From Acinetobacter phage Acj61, in the sequence record GU911519.1: a stretch of 64,000 nucleotides of DNA; one strand, given 5' to 3'. Made by a program: the position numbers and the translations under genes. Below the pieces are notes generated by a model. That model saw nothing but the letters and a program-made list of their open reading frames with translations, searched no databases and was not told the DNA's origin. Position 1 is the stretch's first letter, and every line of letters starts with the position of its first letter. Shown here in pieces: positions 12,758 to 22,078 of the stretch.

Positions 12758-13582
12758 ATGCTGAAAGATCAATTACTTAAAGAAGCTCAAGAAATTGAAG
12801 CTTCTGTAGAATTAGACAGTATTTTTGAATCAGTAGAACTTTCTGAAGATGTTAAAAGCAAATTCAGCACTGTATTCGAATCTACCGTCAAAAAACACGC
12901 TATTGCGTTAGCGGAAAGCCACATCATTGCAATCGCTGAAAAAGCTGATGCTCTAGTCGAATCACAAGTTGAAGCTAAGGCAACTGAAGCTGAGCAAAAA
13001 TTTGTTGAAAAAGCCGACAAATTTTTCGAGCACATCGCAAAAGAATGGCTTACTGAAAACCAAGTCGAAATCCATAAAGGCATCAAAGCTGACTTATTTG
13101 AGTCAATGTTCAGTGGTCTTAAGACTTTAGTCGTTGAACATAATGTTGTACTTCCTGAAGAATCTGTTGACATCGTTGCAGAAATGGAAGACGAACTTAC
13201 TGAATCTAAGCAAGAAGCAACAAACTTGTTTGAACAAACAGTTGCACTTCGTAAAGAAGTTGATACACTTAAACGTGATCAAGCTATTGTTGAAGCAACC
13301 CGCGAATTGACTGAAAGCCAAAAAGAAAAGGTAGAAGGTTTGATCGAAGGACTTGCGTATAGCGATTCATTTGAGACCAAATTGACTGCTATCGTCGAAA
13401 TGGCTACTGCCGCTAAGACTGCAGAAAAACCACTCGTTGAAAGCGAAATAAATAAAAATGTAACTGCTGACACGCCAGATGGCCTTGATTATGTTGTTGA
13501 AGCTGTTGAACCAGCATCAGACACTAAGGCAACTACTTCACCACGTATGTCATCATATGTGAACTCAGCAACTCGTATCTAA
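12758..13582 (+). CDS. 22: Major prohead scaffolding core protein gp22
   Basis: 274 aa. It is acidic and alpha-helical with a KAEL-rich sequence. A TATAAATA promoter lies at 12722-12729. Confidence 0.8.
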   Translation: MLKDQLLKEAQEIEASVELDSIFESVELSEDVKSKFSTVFESTVKKHAIALAESHIIAIAEKADALVESQVEAKATEAEQKFVEKADKFFEHIAKEWLTENQVEIHKGIKADLFESMFSGLKTLVVEHNVVLPEESVDIVAEMEDELTESKQEATNLFEQTVALRKEVDTLKRDQAIVEATRELTESQKEKVEGLIEGLAYSDSFETKLTAIVEMATAAKTAEKPLVESEINKNVTADTPDGLDYVVEAVEPASDTKATTSPRMSSYVNSATRI

Positions 13583-13607
13583 TTTTCTACCACAGGTAAT
13601 TTAACAC

Positions 13608-15182
13608 ATGTCTACTCAAATCAAAACTAAAGCACAACTTGTTGCAGATTGGAAACCTCTTTTAGAAGCTGAAGGCGCTCCAGAGATTGCACAAGGCAAA
13701 CATGCGATCATCGCAAAAATGTTCGAAAACCAAGAAGCCGATATCAAATCTGATGCTGCTTATCGTGATGAAAAACTTGCTGAAGCATTCGGTGGTTTTT
13801 TAACTGAAGCGGAAATTGGCGGAGACCATGGTTACGATCCTCAAAATATCGCAGCTGGTCAAACTTCTGGTGCTGTAACCCAGATCGGGCCTGCAGTCAT
13901 GGGTATGGTACGTCGTGCAATTCCTAACTTAATTGCATTCGATATCTGTGGTGTACAACCTATGCAAGGTCCGACTGGTCAAGTATTTGCTCTTCGCGCT
14001 GTATATGGCAAAGACCCAATCGCTGCTGGTGCTAAAGAAGCATTCCACCCAATGTATGCACCAGATGCAATGTTCTCTGGTCGTGGTTCGCACGAAGTAT
14101 TTGCACCACTTGCATCAGGCACTGTAGTTGCTCAAGGTACTATCTACAAACACGAATTTGTAGCAACTGGTACTGCATTCCTTCAAGCAACTGGCGCTGT
14201 AACATTGGCTACAACTGCTGATGCTGCTGAACTTGATGCTGAAGTTATTAAGCAAATGGATGCTGGTATTCTCGTTGAAATTGCTGAAGGTATGGCTACT
14301 TCAATCGCGGAATTGCAAGAAGGCTTCAATGGCTCAAATAACAACCCATGGAATGAAATGGGCTTCCGTATCGATAAGCAAGTTATCGAAGCTAAATCTC
14401 GTCAATTGAAAGCTCAATACTCAATTGAACTTGCTCAAGACTTACGCGCTGTACATGGTATGGATGCCGATGCTGAGCTTGCAAACATTCTTGCTACTGA
14501 GATCATGTTGGAAATCAACCGTGAAGTTATCGATTGGATTAACTACTCAGCACAAGTTGGTAAAACTGGTCAAACATTGACAGTTGGTTCTAAAGCCGGT
14601 GTATTCGACTTCCAAGACCCTATCGATGTACGTGGTGCTCGTTGGGCTGGTGAATCATTCAAAGCGTTACTGTTCCAAATCGACAAAGAATCTGCAGAGA
14701 TTGCTCGTCAAACTGGACGTGGTGCTGGTAACTTCATCATCGCTTCTCGTAACGTAGTTAACGTATTAGCTTCAGTTGATACAAGCGTTACTCCAGCTGC
14801 ACAAGGTCTTGCACGTGGTCTTAACACAGACACTACCAAAGCGGTATTTGCCGGTATTCTTGGTGGTCGTTATAAAGTGTACATTGACCAATATGCACGT
14901 CAAGATTACTTCACAATTGGCTACAAAGGTGATAACGAAATGGATGCTGGTATCTACTACGCTCCGTACGTTGCCTTGACACCTTTACGTGGTGCTGATC
15001 CGAAGAACTTCCAACCAGTATTGGGCTTCAAAACTCGTTACGGTATTGGTATCAACCCATTAGCTGATACAGCTGCTCAGCAACCTGCTGGTAATGCACG
15101 TATCGCAAACGGTATGCCATCAATTGCTAACTCTGTTGGTAAAAATGGTTACTTCCGTCGTGTACTTGTTAAAGGCATCTAA
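13608..15182 (+). CDS. 23: Major capsid protein gp23
   Basis: 524 aa against 521 aa in T4. Conserved gp23 blocks are present (AIPNLIAFDICGVQPM, FIIASRNVVNVLAS). A terminator hairpin follows. Confidence 0.97.
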   Translation: MSTQIKTKAQLVADWKPLLEAEGAPEIAQGKHAIIAKMFENQEADIKSDAAYRDEKLAEAFGGFLTEAEIGGDHGYDPQNIAAGQTSGAVTQIGPAVMGMVRRAIPNLIAFDICGVQPMQGPTGQVFALRAVYGKDPIAAGAKEAFHPMYAPDAMFSGRGSHEVFAPLASGTVVAQGTIYKHEFVATGTAFLQATGAVTLATTADAAELDAEVIKQMDAGILVEIAEGMATSIAELQEGFNGSNNNPWNEMGFRIDKQVIEAKSRQLKAQYSIELAQDLRAVHGMDADAELANILATEIMLEINREVIDWINYSAQVGKTGQTLTVGSKAGVFDFQDPIDVRGARWAGESFKALLFQIDKESAEIARQTGRGAGNFIIASRNVVNVLASVDTSVTPAAQGLARGLNTDTTKAVFAGILGGRYKVYIDQYARQDYFTIGYKGDNEMDAGIYYAPYVALTPLRGADPKNFQPVLGFKTRYGIGINPLADTAAQQPAGNARIANGMPSIANSVGKNGYFRRVLVKGI

Positions 15183-15200
15183 TAGCTTTAACTGATGAAC

Positions 15201-15223
15201 AGGAGCCTTATGGCTCCTGTTTT
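15201..15223 (+). terminator. Intrinsic terminator after gene 23
   Basis: AGGAGCC-TTAT-GGCTCCT followed by GTTTTG. Confidence 0.6.
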
Positions 15224-15265
15224 GCATTCCGGGTAATAAATACTCCTATATAACGAGAGATCACT

Positions 15266-16558
15266 ATGTCAATTTCAAACCTATTAAGTGAGTCAAACAC
15301 AACTATTTCTAATGCACAAGGACGCCCTGCATTACTAGCGTTGACTCGAGCTACAACAAAATTGATTTATCAAGATTTAGTAGCAACACAATATACAAAT
15401 CAGCCAACAGCTGCGTTGTACGGCGTCAAATATTTAAACCCTAACAAAGAACTGTCATTCGTCACTGGTGCCACTTATTCAGGCCAATATGGTTCTAAAG
15501 ACCGTGAAACCCTTGAAGAAATCACAACTGCAAACAAAGATTCGTTTACAAAAGGTAAACTATTCTTGTTCCAAGATGTTGTGTTCAAAAGTCTTTCTGA
15601 TACTCCTTTCGCAGGCAGCACAGAAACAGAGATTTTCGATATCATCTCTGAAGCTAATGCAGCATCAACTATTCGTATGGCCCCTGAAGCAGCAGACACG
15701 TCCAAATTTGAAACTCCAACCGGTGATGTCTCTGCAGCAGGATTTGTTGTCAATAAATGGCAAGCACCTGTCAAATCTCGTAAGTTTAAAACCGAGTTGA
15801 CTGTTGAATTAGCACAAGACATGGAAGCTGCTGGTTTTGATGCACCTACTATGCTAGAAGATATTCTTGCTACGCAAATGGCAGAAGAAGTAAACAAAGA
15901 TGTTTTGCAATCACTTGTGACTGTTTCTAGTCGATTCAAAGTGAATGGTGTTTCTGACAAAGGCGTACTTGATCTTTCAACACTCGGTAGTTCAGTTGAC
16001 CAGGCTCGTAACTTGTATCGATTCATTTGTGAAATGAATGCATCAATTCAACGTGCTACATCATACTCTGCTACATACGTAGTTGCCTCATCACGCGTTG
16101 CAGCTTTACTAGCTTCTTCTGGCTGGTTACAACAAAAAGAAGGACAACCTGAAACATGTTATGGTGTTCTAAATAATAGTTTAGTTGTGTACTGCGATAA
16201 CAACAGCCCAGTCGAATATGTCATCGTTGGTGTTAAAGATTCATACGGTCCTGAAGAAATGATTGGTTCGTTATTCTATGCACCGTATGCTGAAGGATTA
16301 TCTAAAGATGCTGACCCAACTGATCATATTGGAGCATACAAAGTCATCAATGATCCTGATAGTTTACAACCAAAATTAATGCTCTTGATTCGTTATGCAC
16401 TTTGTGTTAATCCATACACAATGGGTCTAACTGATGAAGAAGCTCGAATTATCGATGCATCAGATATCGATAATTTCGCTGGTCGCAGCCAGATGTCAGT
16501 TTTCCTTGGTGTCAAATTACCAAAACTTAAAGGTGACGAATTACCAAAACAGGACTGA
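15266..16558 (+). CDS. 24: Capsid vertex protein gp24
   Basis: 430 aa against 427 aa in T4. It is a paralogue of gp23 and is followed by a strong palindromic terminator. Confidence 0.9.
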   Translation: MSISNLLSESNTTISNAQGRPALLALTRATTKLIYQDLVATQYTNQPTAALYGVKYLNPNKELSFVTGATYSGQYGSKDRETLEEITTANKDSFTKGKLFLFQDVVFKSLSDTPFAGSTETEIFDIISEANAASTIRMAPEAADTSKFETPTGDVSAAGFVVNKWQAPVKSRKFKTELTVELAQDMEAAGFDAPTMLEDILATQMAEEVNKDVLQSLVTVSSRFKVNGVSDKGVLDLSTLGSSVDQARNLYRFICEMNASIQRATSYSATYVVASSRVAALLASSGWLQQKEGQPETCYGVLNNSLVVYCDNNSPVEYVIVGVKDSYGPEEMIGSLFYAPYAEGLSKDADPTDHIGAYKVINDPDSLQPKLMLLIRYALCVNPYTMGLTDEEARIIDASDIDNFAGRSQMSVFLGVKLPKLKGDELPKQD

Positions 16559-16565
16559 ATAATAC

Positions 16566-16601
16566 ATACCGCAATGGGACTCATATGAGTCCCATTGCGG
16601 T
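16566..16601. terminator. Palindromic terminator (CATATG centre) after gene 24
   Basis: 17-bp perfect arms TACCGCAATGGGACTCA/TGAGTCCCATTGCGGTA. Confidence 0.7.
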
Positions 16602-16901
16602 ATTAGTCACCCCATAAATGATGCCATGTTCAAGTGCAGATCGATGTACAATCCGTCCATGACGAGATTCTTGTACATCAACTTCTGGATAGTCAGTAAT
16701 CATTTTTGCAAGTGCTGCAAGATGTGGTTTGTATTTGCTATCCTCAGGAGGATCCTTCCAATCTTTGCCTTCACTTGTGAGTTTTTCAATTTCATCCATA
16801 ACCCACCAACCTACCCAGATGTATGCTGAATTACGGCAAGGCAAAGGATGAATTACAGGTGGTTTGTCTTTTTCTACCATTGAGTTGTTCGGTGTAGCCA
16901 T
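16581..16901 (-). CDS. Hypothetical protein (Trp-rich)
   Basis: 106 aa ORF with an SD (GGAGATAAT) before the ATG. It is bracketed by two terminator hairpins. Confidence 0.45.
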   Translation of the reverse strand: MATPNNSMVEKDKPPVIHPLPCRNSAYIWVGWWVMDEIEKLTSEGKDWKDPPEDSKYKPHLAALAKMITDYPEVDVQESRHGRIVHRSALEHGIIYGVTNTAMGLI

Positions 16902-16914
16902 ATTATCTCCAAAA

Positions 16915-16928
16915 GGGCCCGAAGGCCC
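16915..16928. terminator. Stem-loop GGGCCCGAAGGCCC between minus-strand ORFs
   Basis: GC hairpin flanked by A-run and T-run. It mirrors the 1737-1750 hairpin. Confidence 0.45.
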
Positions 16929-16932
16929 GTGG

Positions 16933-17592
16933 TTATTCTAGTACAACAAAGCTTGAATTTCGAGTTTCTCGAATTCGTACAAATCCATCACGTTGGATGT
17001 AATAGATTAAGCTTAAAAGTGTTTTCACTCCATGAAAATCATGGAATGAATTTGGATCGGTTTTCCATTGTGGATTTTTAGTGATCCAATCATAAATCCA
17101 CCAAGGCAGTGTCACATACGCTGTGTGAGCACGTCCTAGCATTTGAATAGTCGGAGAAAAATTTGGTGGCAATTGGAATGCTGGCTGTTCAACAACTTCT
17201 TGAACTTCAGGTTCGTCTTGCTTAATTTCTTCCTTTTGTTCGACAACTTCAACTTGTTCCGTTGGAGCTGTCTCTACAGGTTTTTCTTCAACAATTTCAC
17301 CACGAAGAGCAGCAAGTGCTGATTCTTTGGCTTCACCTTCAAAAACTGATTTGCCTGAAATTTCATCACTTGCTTGAATTAAGTCAGTGATTGTTAAACC
17401 TTCAGAAGGCTGTTCTGGCATTGGTTCATTAGCAAGCTTGGCCAATTCATCTTTGATGTCAGCAACCATGTTGTCGAATGAACGAGTTTTCTTTACGGAA
17501 ATGTTGAACTGAGCTGCATACTCAGCGAGTTTCTCTTTAGATTCTTTAACACCTAAAGTTTTGATTTCATCAATGTACGCTTTATCTAACAT
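16933..17592 (-). CDS. Hypothetical late protein with an N-terminal HeH/Rho-N-like helix and an acidic linker. It occupies the T4 hoc/inh region.
   Basis: 219 aa. A minus-strand late promoter (TATAAATA on the minus strand, 17620-17627) lies upstream. No confident family assignment. Confidence 0.5.
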   Translation of the reverse strand: MLDKAYIDEIKTLGVKESKEKLAEYAAQFNISVKKTRSFDNMVADIKDELAKLANEPMPEQPSEGLTITDLIQASDEISGKSVFEGEAKESALAALRGEIVEEKPVETAPTEQVEVVEQKEEIKQDEPEVQEVVEQPAFQLPPNFSPTIQMLGRAHTAYVTLPWWIYDWITKNPQWKTDPNSFHDFHGVKTLLSLIYYIQRDGFVRIRETRNSSFVVLE

Positions 17593-17619
17593 AAGAAATT
17601 TTCCATGTGTAATATGATT

Positions 17620-17646
17620 TATTTATACTATTGATGTTTATAAATA
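17620..17646. promoter_or_regulatory. Divergent late promoters: TATAAATA on the minus strand (17620-17627) and on the plus strand (17639-17646, for uvsW)
   Basis: Exact consensus octamers on both strands in the 100-bp divergent intergenic region. Confidence 0.55.
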
Positions 17647-17695
17647 CTTTTATCATTTCCACTAGTATGGATTGCAAATTAGGAAACTTATCATG

Positions 17696-19195
17696 GCAGA
17701 CATCAACTTAGAATTTTATGACTACAGTTTTGTCTACATTGATGCACCTGACGGATTGTTCAGAGAAATTCGAGATTATTTTTCATTCTTCGCAGACGGG
17801 TATCAATTTAGCAACAAATTCAAATATGGCACTTGGGATGGCAAAATTCGATTAGTTGAAAACGATCGATTGCTTCCTATTGGACTCGTAACTCAACTAT
17901 GCAAATTCGCATCAAACAACGATCTATCAATTGCTGTACATCATGACGTCAAACATAAAAATAGTTTGAGTCGTGATCAATTCGATACATGGGTCAATTC
18001 AATGACATACTGGTCTGGCAATCGTGAAATTATGCCTTATTGGTATCAAATGAATGCGGTCTATGAAGCTCTTGTTCACAAACGTCGAATTTTGAACTTG
18101 CCAACTTCTGCTGGTAAATCTTTGATTCAAGCTCTTTTGTCTAAAAAGACAATCGAAGAATCAGATCGTTCAGTACTCATTTTGGTTCCGACCACTGCTC
18201 TCGTTACTCAAATGAAAGATGATTTTGTTGATTATCGATTGTTCAAAGCTGATGAGATTGCTGAAGTTCGTTCTGGATGCAAACAAACGAATGAACGCGT
18301 CGTAGTTGCAACATGGCAATCAGCTATCAAGAAACCTCAATCATGGTTCAATCAATTTGGTATGCTGTTATGTGATGAGATGCATCTTGCTATTGGTAAG
18401 TCGATTTCAACAATCATCAAAAAGTTAGCATATTGCGAATACAAGATCGGTTTGTCTGGTTCACTTCGTGATGGCAAAGCTAACTTGATGCAGTACGTCG
18501 GATTATTCGGTGAGATTTATAATCCTGTTTCAACAGCTGATTTGATGGCTGCAGGTCAAGTAACTCAGCTCAGAATCAATGCTTTGTTTTTGAAGTATCC
18601 TGAACATGTTTCATCAACAATGAAATCTCTTGACTATGCTGCTGAAATCAAATTCATCACATCGCTCAACAAACGAACTCAATGGGTATCACGTCTTGCT
18701 GTTAAACTAGCAAATCGTAATGAAAATGCATTTGTTATGTTTAAACATATTGAGCATGGTAAATCGATTTATGATGCAATTAAGAGTGCTGGACACGAGA
18801 AAGTGTACTATGTATCGGGTGAAATTGATACTGATACACGAACAAAATTGAAGAAGATTGCAGAAGAACAAACAGGTGTCATTATTATTGCATCATATGG
18901 AGTGTTCTCAACTGGTATTTCTGTAAAGAATCTTCATCATGTCATTTTGGCTCATCCGGTTCGCTCAAAAGTTATTGTGCTTCAAACAATTGGCCGTGTG
19001 TTACGTATTCACGGTTCAAAGAAATTAGCACAGATCTGGGATTTGATTGATGATATGTCACTCACTAAAGACAAACACGGAATCAAAACTCGAGTCAATG
19101 TCAACTACGCTCTAAAGCACGGTGTTGAACGTATCGAAAGATATGGCCTTGAAAAATTTGACTACGTCATGAAAACTATCGAATTTTTGAAATAG
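17696..19195 (+). CDS. uvsW: UvsW DNA/RNA helicase
   Basis: It is near-colinear with T4 UvsW (LNLPTSAGKS, FGEIYNPVST, VFSTGISVKNLHHV). The start is set at MADINLE. A TATAAATA promoter lies at 17639-17646. Confidence 0.95.
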   Translation, partial: ADINLEFYDYSFVYIDAPDGLFREIRDYFSFFADGYQFSNKFKYGTWDGKIRLVENDRLLPIGLVTQLCKFASNNDLSIAVHHDVKHKNSLSRDQFDTWVNSMTYWSGNREIMPYWYQMNAVYEALVHKRRILNLPTSAGKSLIQALLSKKTIEESDRSVLILVPTTALVTQMKDDFVDYRLFKADEIAEVRSGCKQTNERVVVATWQSAIKKPQSWFNQFGMLLCDEMHLAIGKSISTIIKKLAYCEYKIGLSGSLRDGKANLMQYVGLFGEIYNPVSTADLMAAGQVTQLRINALFLKYPEHVSSTMKSLDYAAEIKFITSLNKRTQWVSRLAVKLANRNENAFVMFKHIEHGKSIYDAIKSAGHEKVYYVSGEIDTDTRTKLKKIAEEQTGVIIIASYGVFSTGISVKNLHHVILAHPVRSKVIVLQTIGRVLRIHGSKKLAQIWDLIDDMSLTKDKHGIKTRVNVNYALKHGVERIERYGLEKFDYVMKTIEFLK

Positions 19196-19197
19196 CA

Positions 19198-19222
19198 ATG
19201 GGACCTTTCGGTCCCATTTTTG
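19198..19222 (+). terminator. Intrinsic terminator after uvsW
   Basis: ATGGGACCTTTCGGTCCCAT plus TTTTTG. Confidence 0.7.
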
Positions 19223-19225
19223 TTG

Positions 19226-19513
19226 CTAAGAAATAAGTTCGTCACATTCTTCACAAACAGTCATTGCAGCAATCTCATTGTGAACTCGAACATACGGGTC
19301 ATGCCAGATGTCACAGTTCTCACATAAGAATGTGTATTGTTCTAATGCATCGGTGAATATTTGACTGTGAACAACTTCAAAGTCGATTCCCAAATCTTCG
19401 AGAACTGAACGTATAGCACCAGTTTTGCCATGGGCTCCACCTGTCTCTTGACAGCCTTGAAGTTCATTTGCTATTTCGCGATATTGATCGTCGGTTGGAT
19501 AAACTAAACTCAT
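19226..19513 (-). CDS. Hypothetical Cys-rich protein (CENCD...CEECD, probable zinc ribbon)
   Basis: 95 aa. It overlaps the upstream ORF by ATGA. It lies where T4 has uvsY, but it is not UvsY-like. Confidence 0.5.
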   Translation of the reverse strand: MSLVYPTDDQYREIANELQGCQETGGAHGKTGAIRSVLEDLGIDFEVVHSQIFTDALEQYTFLCENCDIWHDPYVRVHNEIAAMTVCEECDELIS

Positions 19514-19827
19514 TTGTACACCTTTTCGTCTACATAAAATTCTAACTCTTTAGTGACGCCATCAACAATGACTACACCACGTTCAAAATCAAACTCTTTA
19601 ACAAGCAAACGAGTTTGCCATGGGTCGATGCCCCATCCCCAATCAAATTTACGATATGGGCAAACGTAATGAACGTTGGTGAGATTTTTACACCCGTCCA
19701 TAGTAGCAAAATTCAATCCAGGTGCTCCAACGAATTGTACTACCCAGCGTTCTGACAAGTTGCGTACAGTCGGTTCGTCGCAAGTCAATTTAACTTGTTC
19801 TGCACGAAAAGATGATACCTTACCCAT
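19510..19827 (-). CDS. Hypothetical protein
   Basis: 105 aa. It is preceded on the minus strand by an early promoter with a palindromic -10 (19850-19889). Confidence 0.5.
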   Translation of the reverse strand: MGKVSSFRAEQVKLTCDEPTVRNLSERWVVQFVGAPGLNFATMDGCKNLTNVHYVCPYRKFDWGWGIDPWQTRLLVKEFDFERGVVIVDGVTKELEFYVDEKVYK

Positions 19828-19849
19828 AATGTTTTACTCATTAATTGTT

Positions 19850-19889
19850 GATAGGACTATTATAACACAGTCCTATCTCGATGTAAACT
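19850..19889 (-). promoter_or_regulatory. Early promoter (-35 GTTTAC, -10 TGTTATAAT) with its -10 inside the dyad GATAGGACT...AGTCCTATC
   Basis: The minus strand reads GTTTAC-N17-TATAAT-AGTCCTATCA. It lies upstream of the 19510-19827 ORF. Confidence 0.65.
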
Positions 19890-19890
19890 G

Positions 19891-20058
19891 CTATAGCAAC
19901 AATTCTGTTTCTAGAAGCACATCGCTATCGCTTTCAAAAACTGGCATCTGTTCTACATGCTGTAAGCATACACCAGGATGCACAGGACCATTTGCAGTTT
20001 CAACTACTAACAAGTCATCAATAGGCTGCTTACACACAGCACAAATTTGCTTTTCCAT
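19891..20058 (-). CDS. Small putative zinc-ribbon protein (CxxC...HPGxC)
   Basis: 55 aa. A GAGGAA SD lies 7 nt before the ATG. It is below the ORF-track length cutoff. Confidence 0.3.
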   Translation of the reverse strand: MEKQICAVCKQPIDDLLVVETANGPVHPGVCLQHVEQMPVFESDSDVLLETELLL

Positions 20059-20223
20059 GATAATTCCTCTAAATTAATTTAACCAAGTCCATAACCATCT
20101 AATATCATCTGAACACCTATCTATTCCGACCAAATAATAATGGGTGGATCTTAGCATTGATAGCATTGTATCATACAAATAAATACAGCATAGGCTCGCG
20201 AAAACCAAGTGTCTATTTTTTGA

Positions 20224-20622
20224 TCAAGCTAAGCCATTGCTAAGCTGTAACTTCAATGCTTCTAACGTGTCCGGGTTATCCAAAATGCTAAACCGTACGT
20301 CGACGATAATTGTGTTAAGGTCATATTGTGGAATGACATTGACACCTAATCGCACGATTCGAGGCTCGTATGTTCTAACTGCAGCAGTGATACTCTTTTC
20401 AAGCGTGTTTGCTGTTAGAGGAGACAAGTTCTCAAATAATTGATCTGACATATCACAACCAAATTCTGGGTCAAAAGGTTTTGAACCTTTTCGTGTTGTG
20501 ATAATCCCTAAAAGAGAGTTCTTGACAGCACGTGTGCCAACACTCTTTGCGACATCTCGGTTCCATGCCATTGACATTTCAGGCGAGATGTCTGTGTACA
20601 TCTGATTGATTGATACGCTCAT
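20224..20622 (-). CDS. 25: Baseplate wedge protein gp25
   Basis: 132 aa, the same length as T4 gp25. Conserved blocks are nearly identical (LLGIITTRKGSKPFDPEFGCD, SDQLFEN). Confidence 0.95.
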   Translation of the reverse strand: MSVSINQMYTDISPEMSMAWNRDVAKSVGTRAVKNSLLGIITTRKGSKPFDPEFGCDMSDQLFENLSPLTANTLEKSITAAVRTYEPRIVRLGVNVIPQYDLNTIIVDVRFSILDNPDTLEALKLQLSNGLA

Positions 20623-21278
20623 TATAAAATCCGAATGAATTCGCTAAAACCTTCAATGACGTGTACATGCTTCTTGCCGCATTTAGGACAAGTAATTGGC
20701 ACCGCCAACTGCACCTTTGGTGCTAATAAGAATTTTTTGATAGAATTAATATCATCAGGCGTAATAGCTTTGTGAATGTCATCGAGCTCGGATTCAGTCA
20801 ATTCATCAACTGGAATTCGATCGTCGCCTACGTACGCAGCTTCAATTGCTTTAACGAGCATAAGAGGCACGTTGTCATCATCAAACAGTTCTGGCCAGTT
20901 GAATGACAATTTAAAGTTCGGGAACGCATATAAATTTTCTGTGCTCTCGCCTTTGAAGTCAATACCTGCATGTGATAGATCGAGTTTGACTTGGAACTCG
21001 TGCTTACATTCACAGACATAATCCTGAAGAATTTCGTCTTGGTTGATGCTTCGTCCAATAAGATTAACGAGCAATAATTCTGCATCGTGTTTGGAAAGCT
21101 TAGAAGCATTTGTGTATTTCTCGATAACTTCTCGAGACCATTTTTTGATCAAGTCTGAATTATCAGAGCCTCGTGACAGCAGCAATTTCACATAGTCTTC
21201 TAACGTGATTGTTGTACACTCGACAGTTTGATCACTAAGTTTAACGCTAAATTTTGTTTCGTACATAATAGTCACCAC
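20622..21278 (-). CDS. 26: Baseplate hub subunit gp26
   Basis: 218 aa against 208 aa in T4. It has a CPKCGK motif shared with gp51. It is served by a divergent late promoter. Confidence 0.75.
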   Translation of the reverse strand: MVTIMYETKFSVKLSDQTVECTTITLEDYVKLLLSRGSDNSDLIKKWSREVIEKYTNASKLSKHDAELLLVNLIGRSINQDEILQDYVCECKHEFQVKLDLSHAGIDFKGESTENLYAFPNFKLSFNWPELFDDDNVPLMLVKAIEAAYVGDDRIPVDELTESELDDIHKAITPDDINSIKKFLLAPKVQLAVPITCPKCGKKHVHVIEGFSEFIRIL

Positions 21279-21287
21279 TTTATTGAG

Positions 21288-21299
21288 TATTTATAAATA
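21288..21299. promoter_or_regulatory. Bidirectional palindromic late promoter TATTTATAAATA serving gp26 (-) and gp51 (+)
   Basis: The 12-bp perfect palindrome contains TATAAATA on each strand. It sits in the 41-bp divergent spacer. Confidence 0.6.
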
Positions 21300-21319
21300 T
21301 TTTAAACACGGAGGCTTGT

Positions 21320-22078
21320 ATGGCTAATATTATTCGATGCAAACTACCTGATGGCATTCATCGTTTCAAACCATTCACAGTGGCTGATTATCGAGATTTC
21401 TTGTTAGTGCGCAACGACATGCTTTCTAAAGAGATCAAAGAGCAAAAAGAACTTGTCAATGAACTGGCTGCTGATTATTTCAGTGAGTACCCAGAAACTT
21501 GGCAGCAATACATTTTCTTGAATGTGTTCACAGGCTCGATCGGCAAAACGAAAATTCCAATTGTGTATGATTGTCCTAAATGTGGCAAAACACATAAGAG
21601 AATCTTCAATCTCGAGCAAGAACCACTAAGTGACCCAATACTTGAAATCAATGAAAGCACATCAGTACATTTCAAATTCCCTGAAGTCAATTCTGAAAAC
21701 TTGCAAGAGTTAGTACTTCAAAATATCAAAGGCGTTACTCATGACGAAAAATTCTATGAGTGGTCTTCTCTTGATGAGCAAACAAAAGAGAATATTATTG
21801 ATAGCATTGATTTTGAATCGTTCGAGAAATTGATCAAGAATTTGAAGCCTATTCACTTTCAACTTAAATTGAAATGCTGTGGTAATGAGTCAAAAATTGT
21901 GTATGATGACTTGCATTCAGTTTTCAATTTGCTAATTAATCCAGATGAAGTCTTTTCATTCTACGAGATCAATCACATTCTGATCAAGAACAAGTATGAT
22001 CAACAAGCAGTGATGAACATGATTCCGATTGAACGAAGTATGGCTCTATCACTTATTGAAAGGGACAATAAAAAATGA
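21320..22078 (+). CDS. 51: Baseplate hub assembly catalyst gp51
   Basis: 252 aa against 249 aa in T4. It has a CPKCGKTH motif. A late promoter lies at 21292-21299. Confidence 0.75.
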   Translation: MANIIRCKLPDGIHRFKPFTVADYRDFLLVRNDMLSKEIKEQKELVNELAADYFSEYPETWQQYIFLNVFTGSIGKTKIPIVYDCPKCGKTHKRIFNLEQEPLSDPILEINESTSVHFKFPEVNSENLQELVLQNIKGVTHDEKFYEWSSLDEQTKENIIDSIDFESFEKLIKNLKPIHFQLKLKCCGNESKIVYDDLHSVFNLLINPDEVFSFYEINHILIKNKYDQQAVMNMIPIERSMALSLIERDNKK

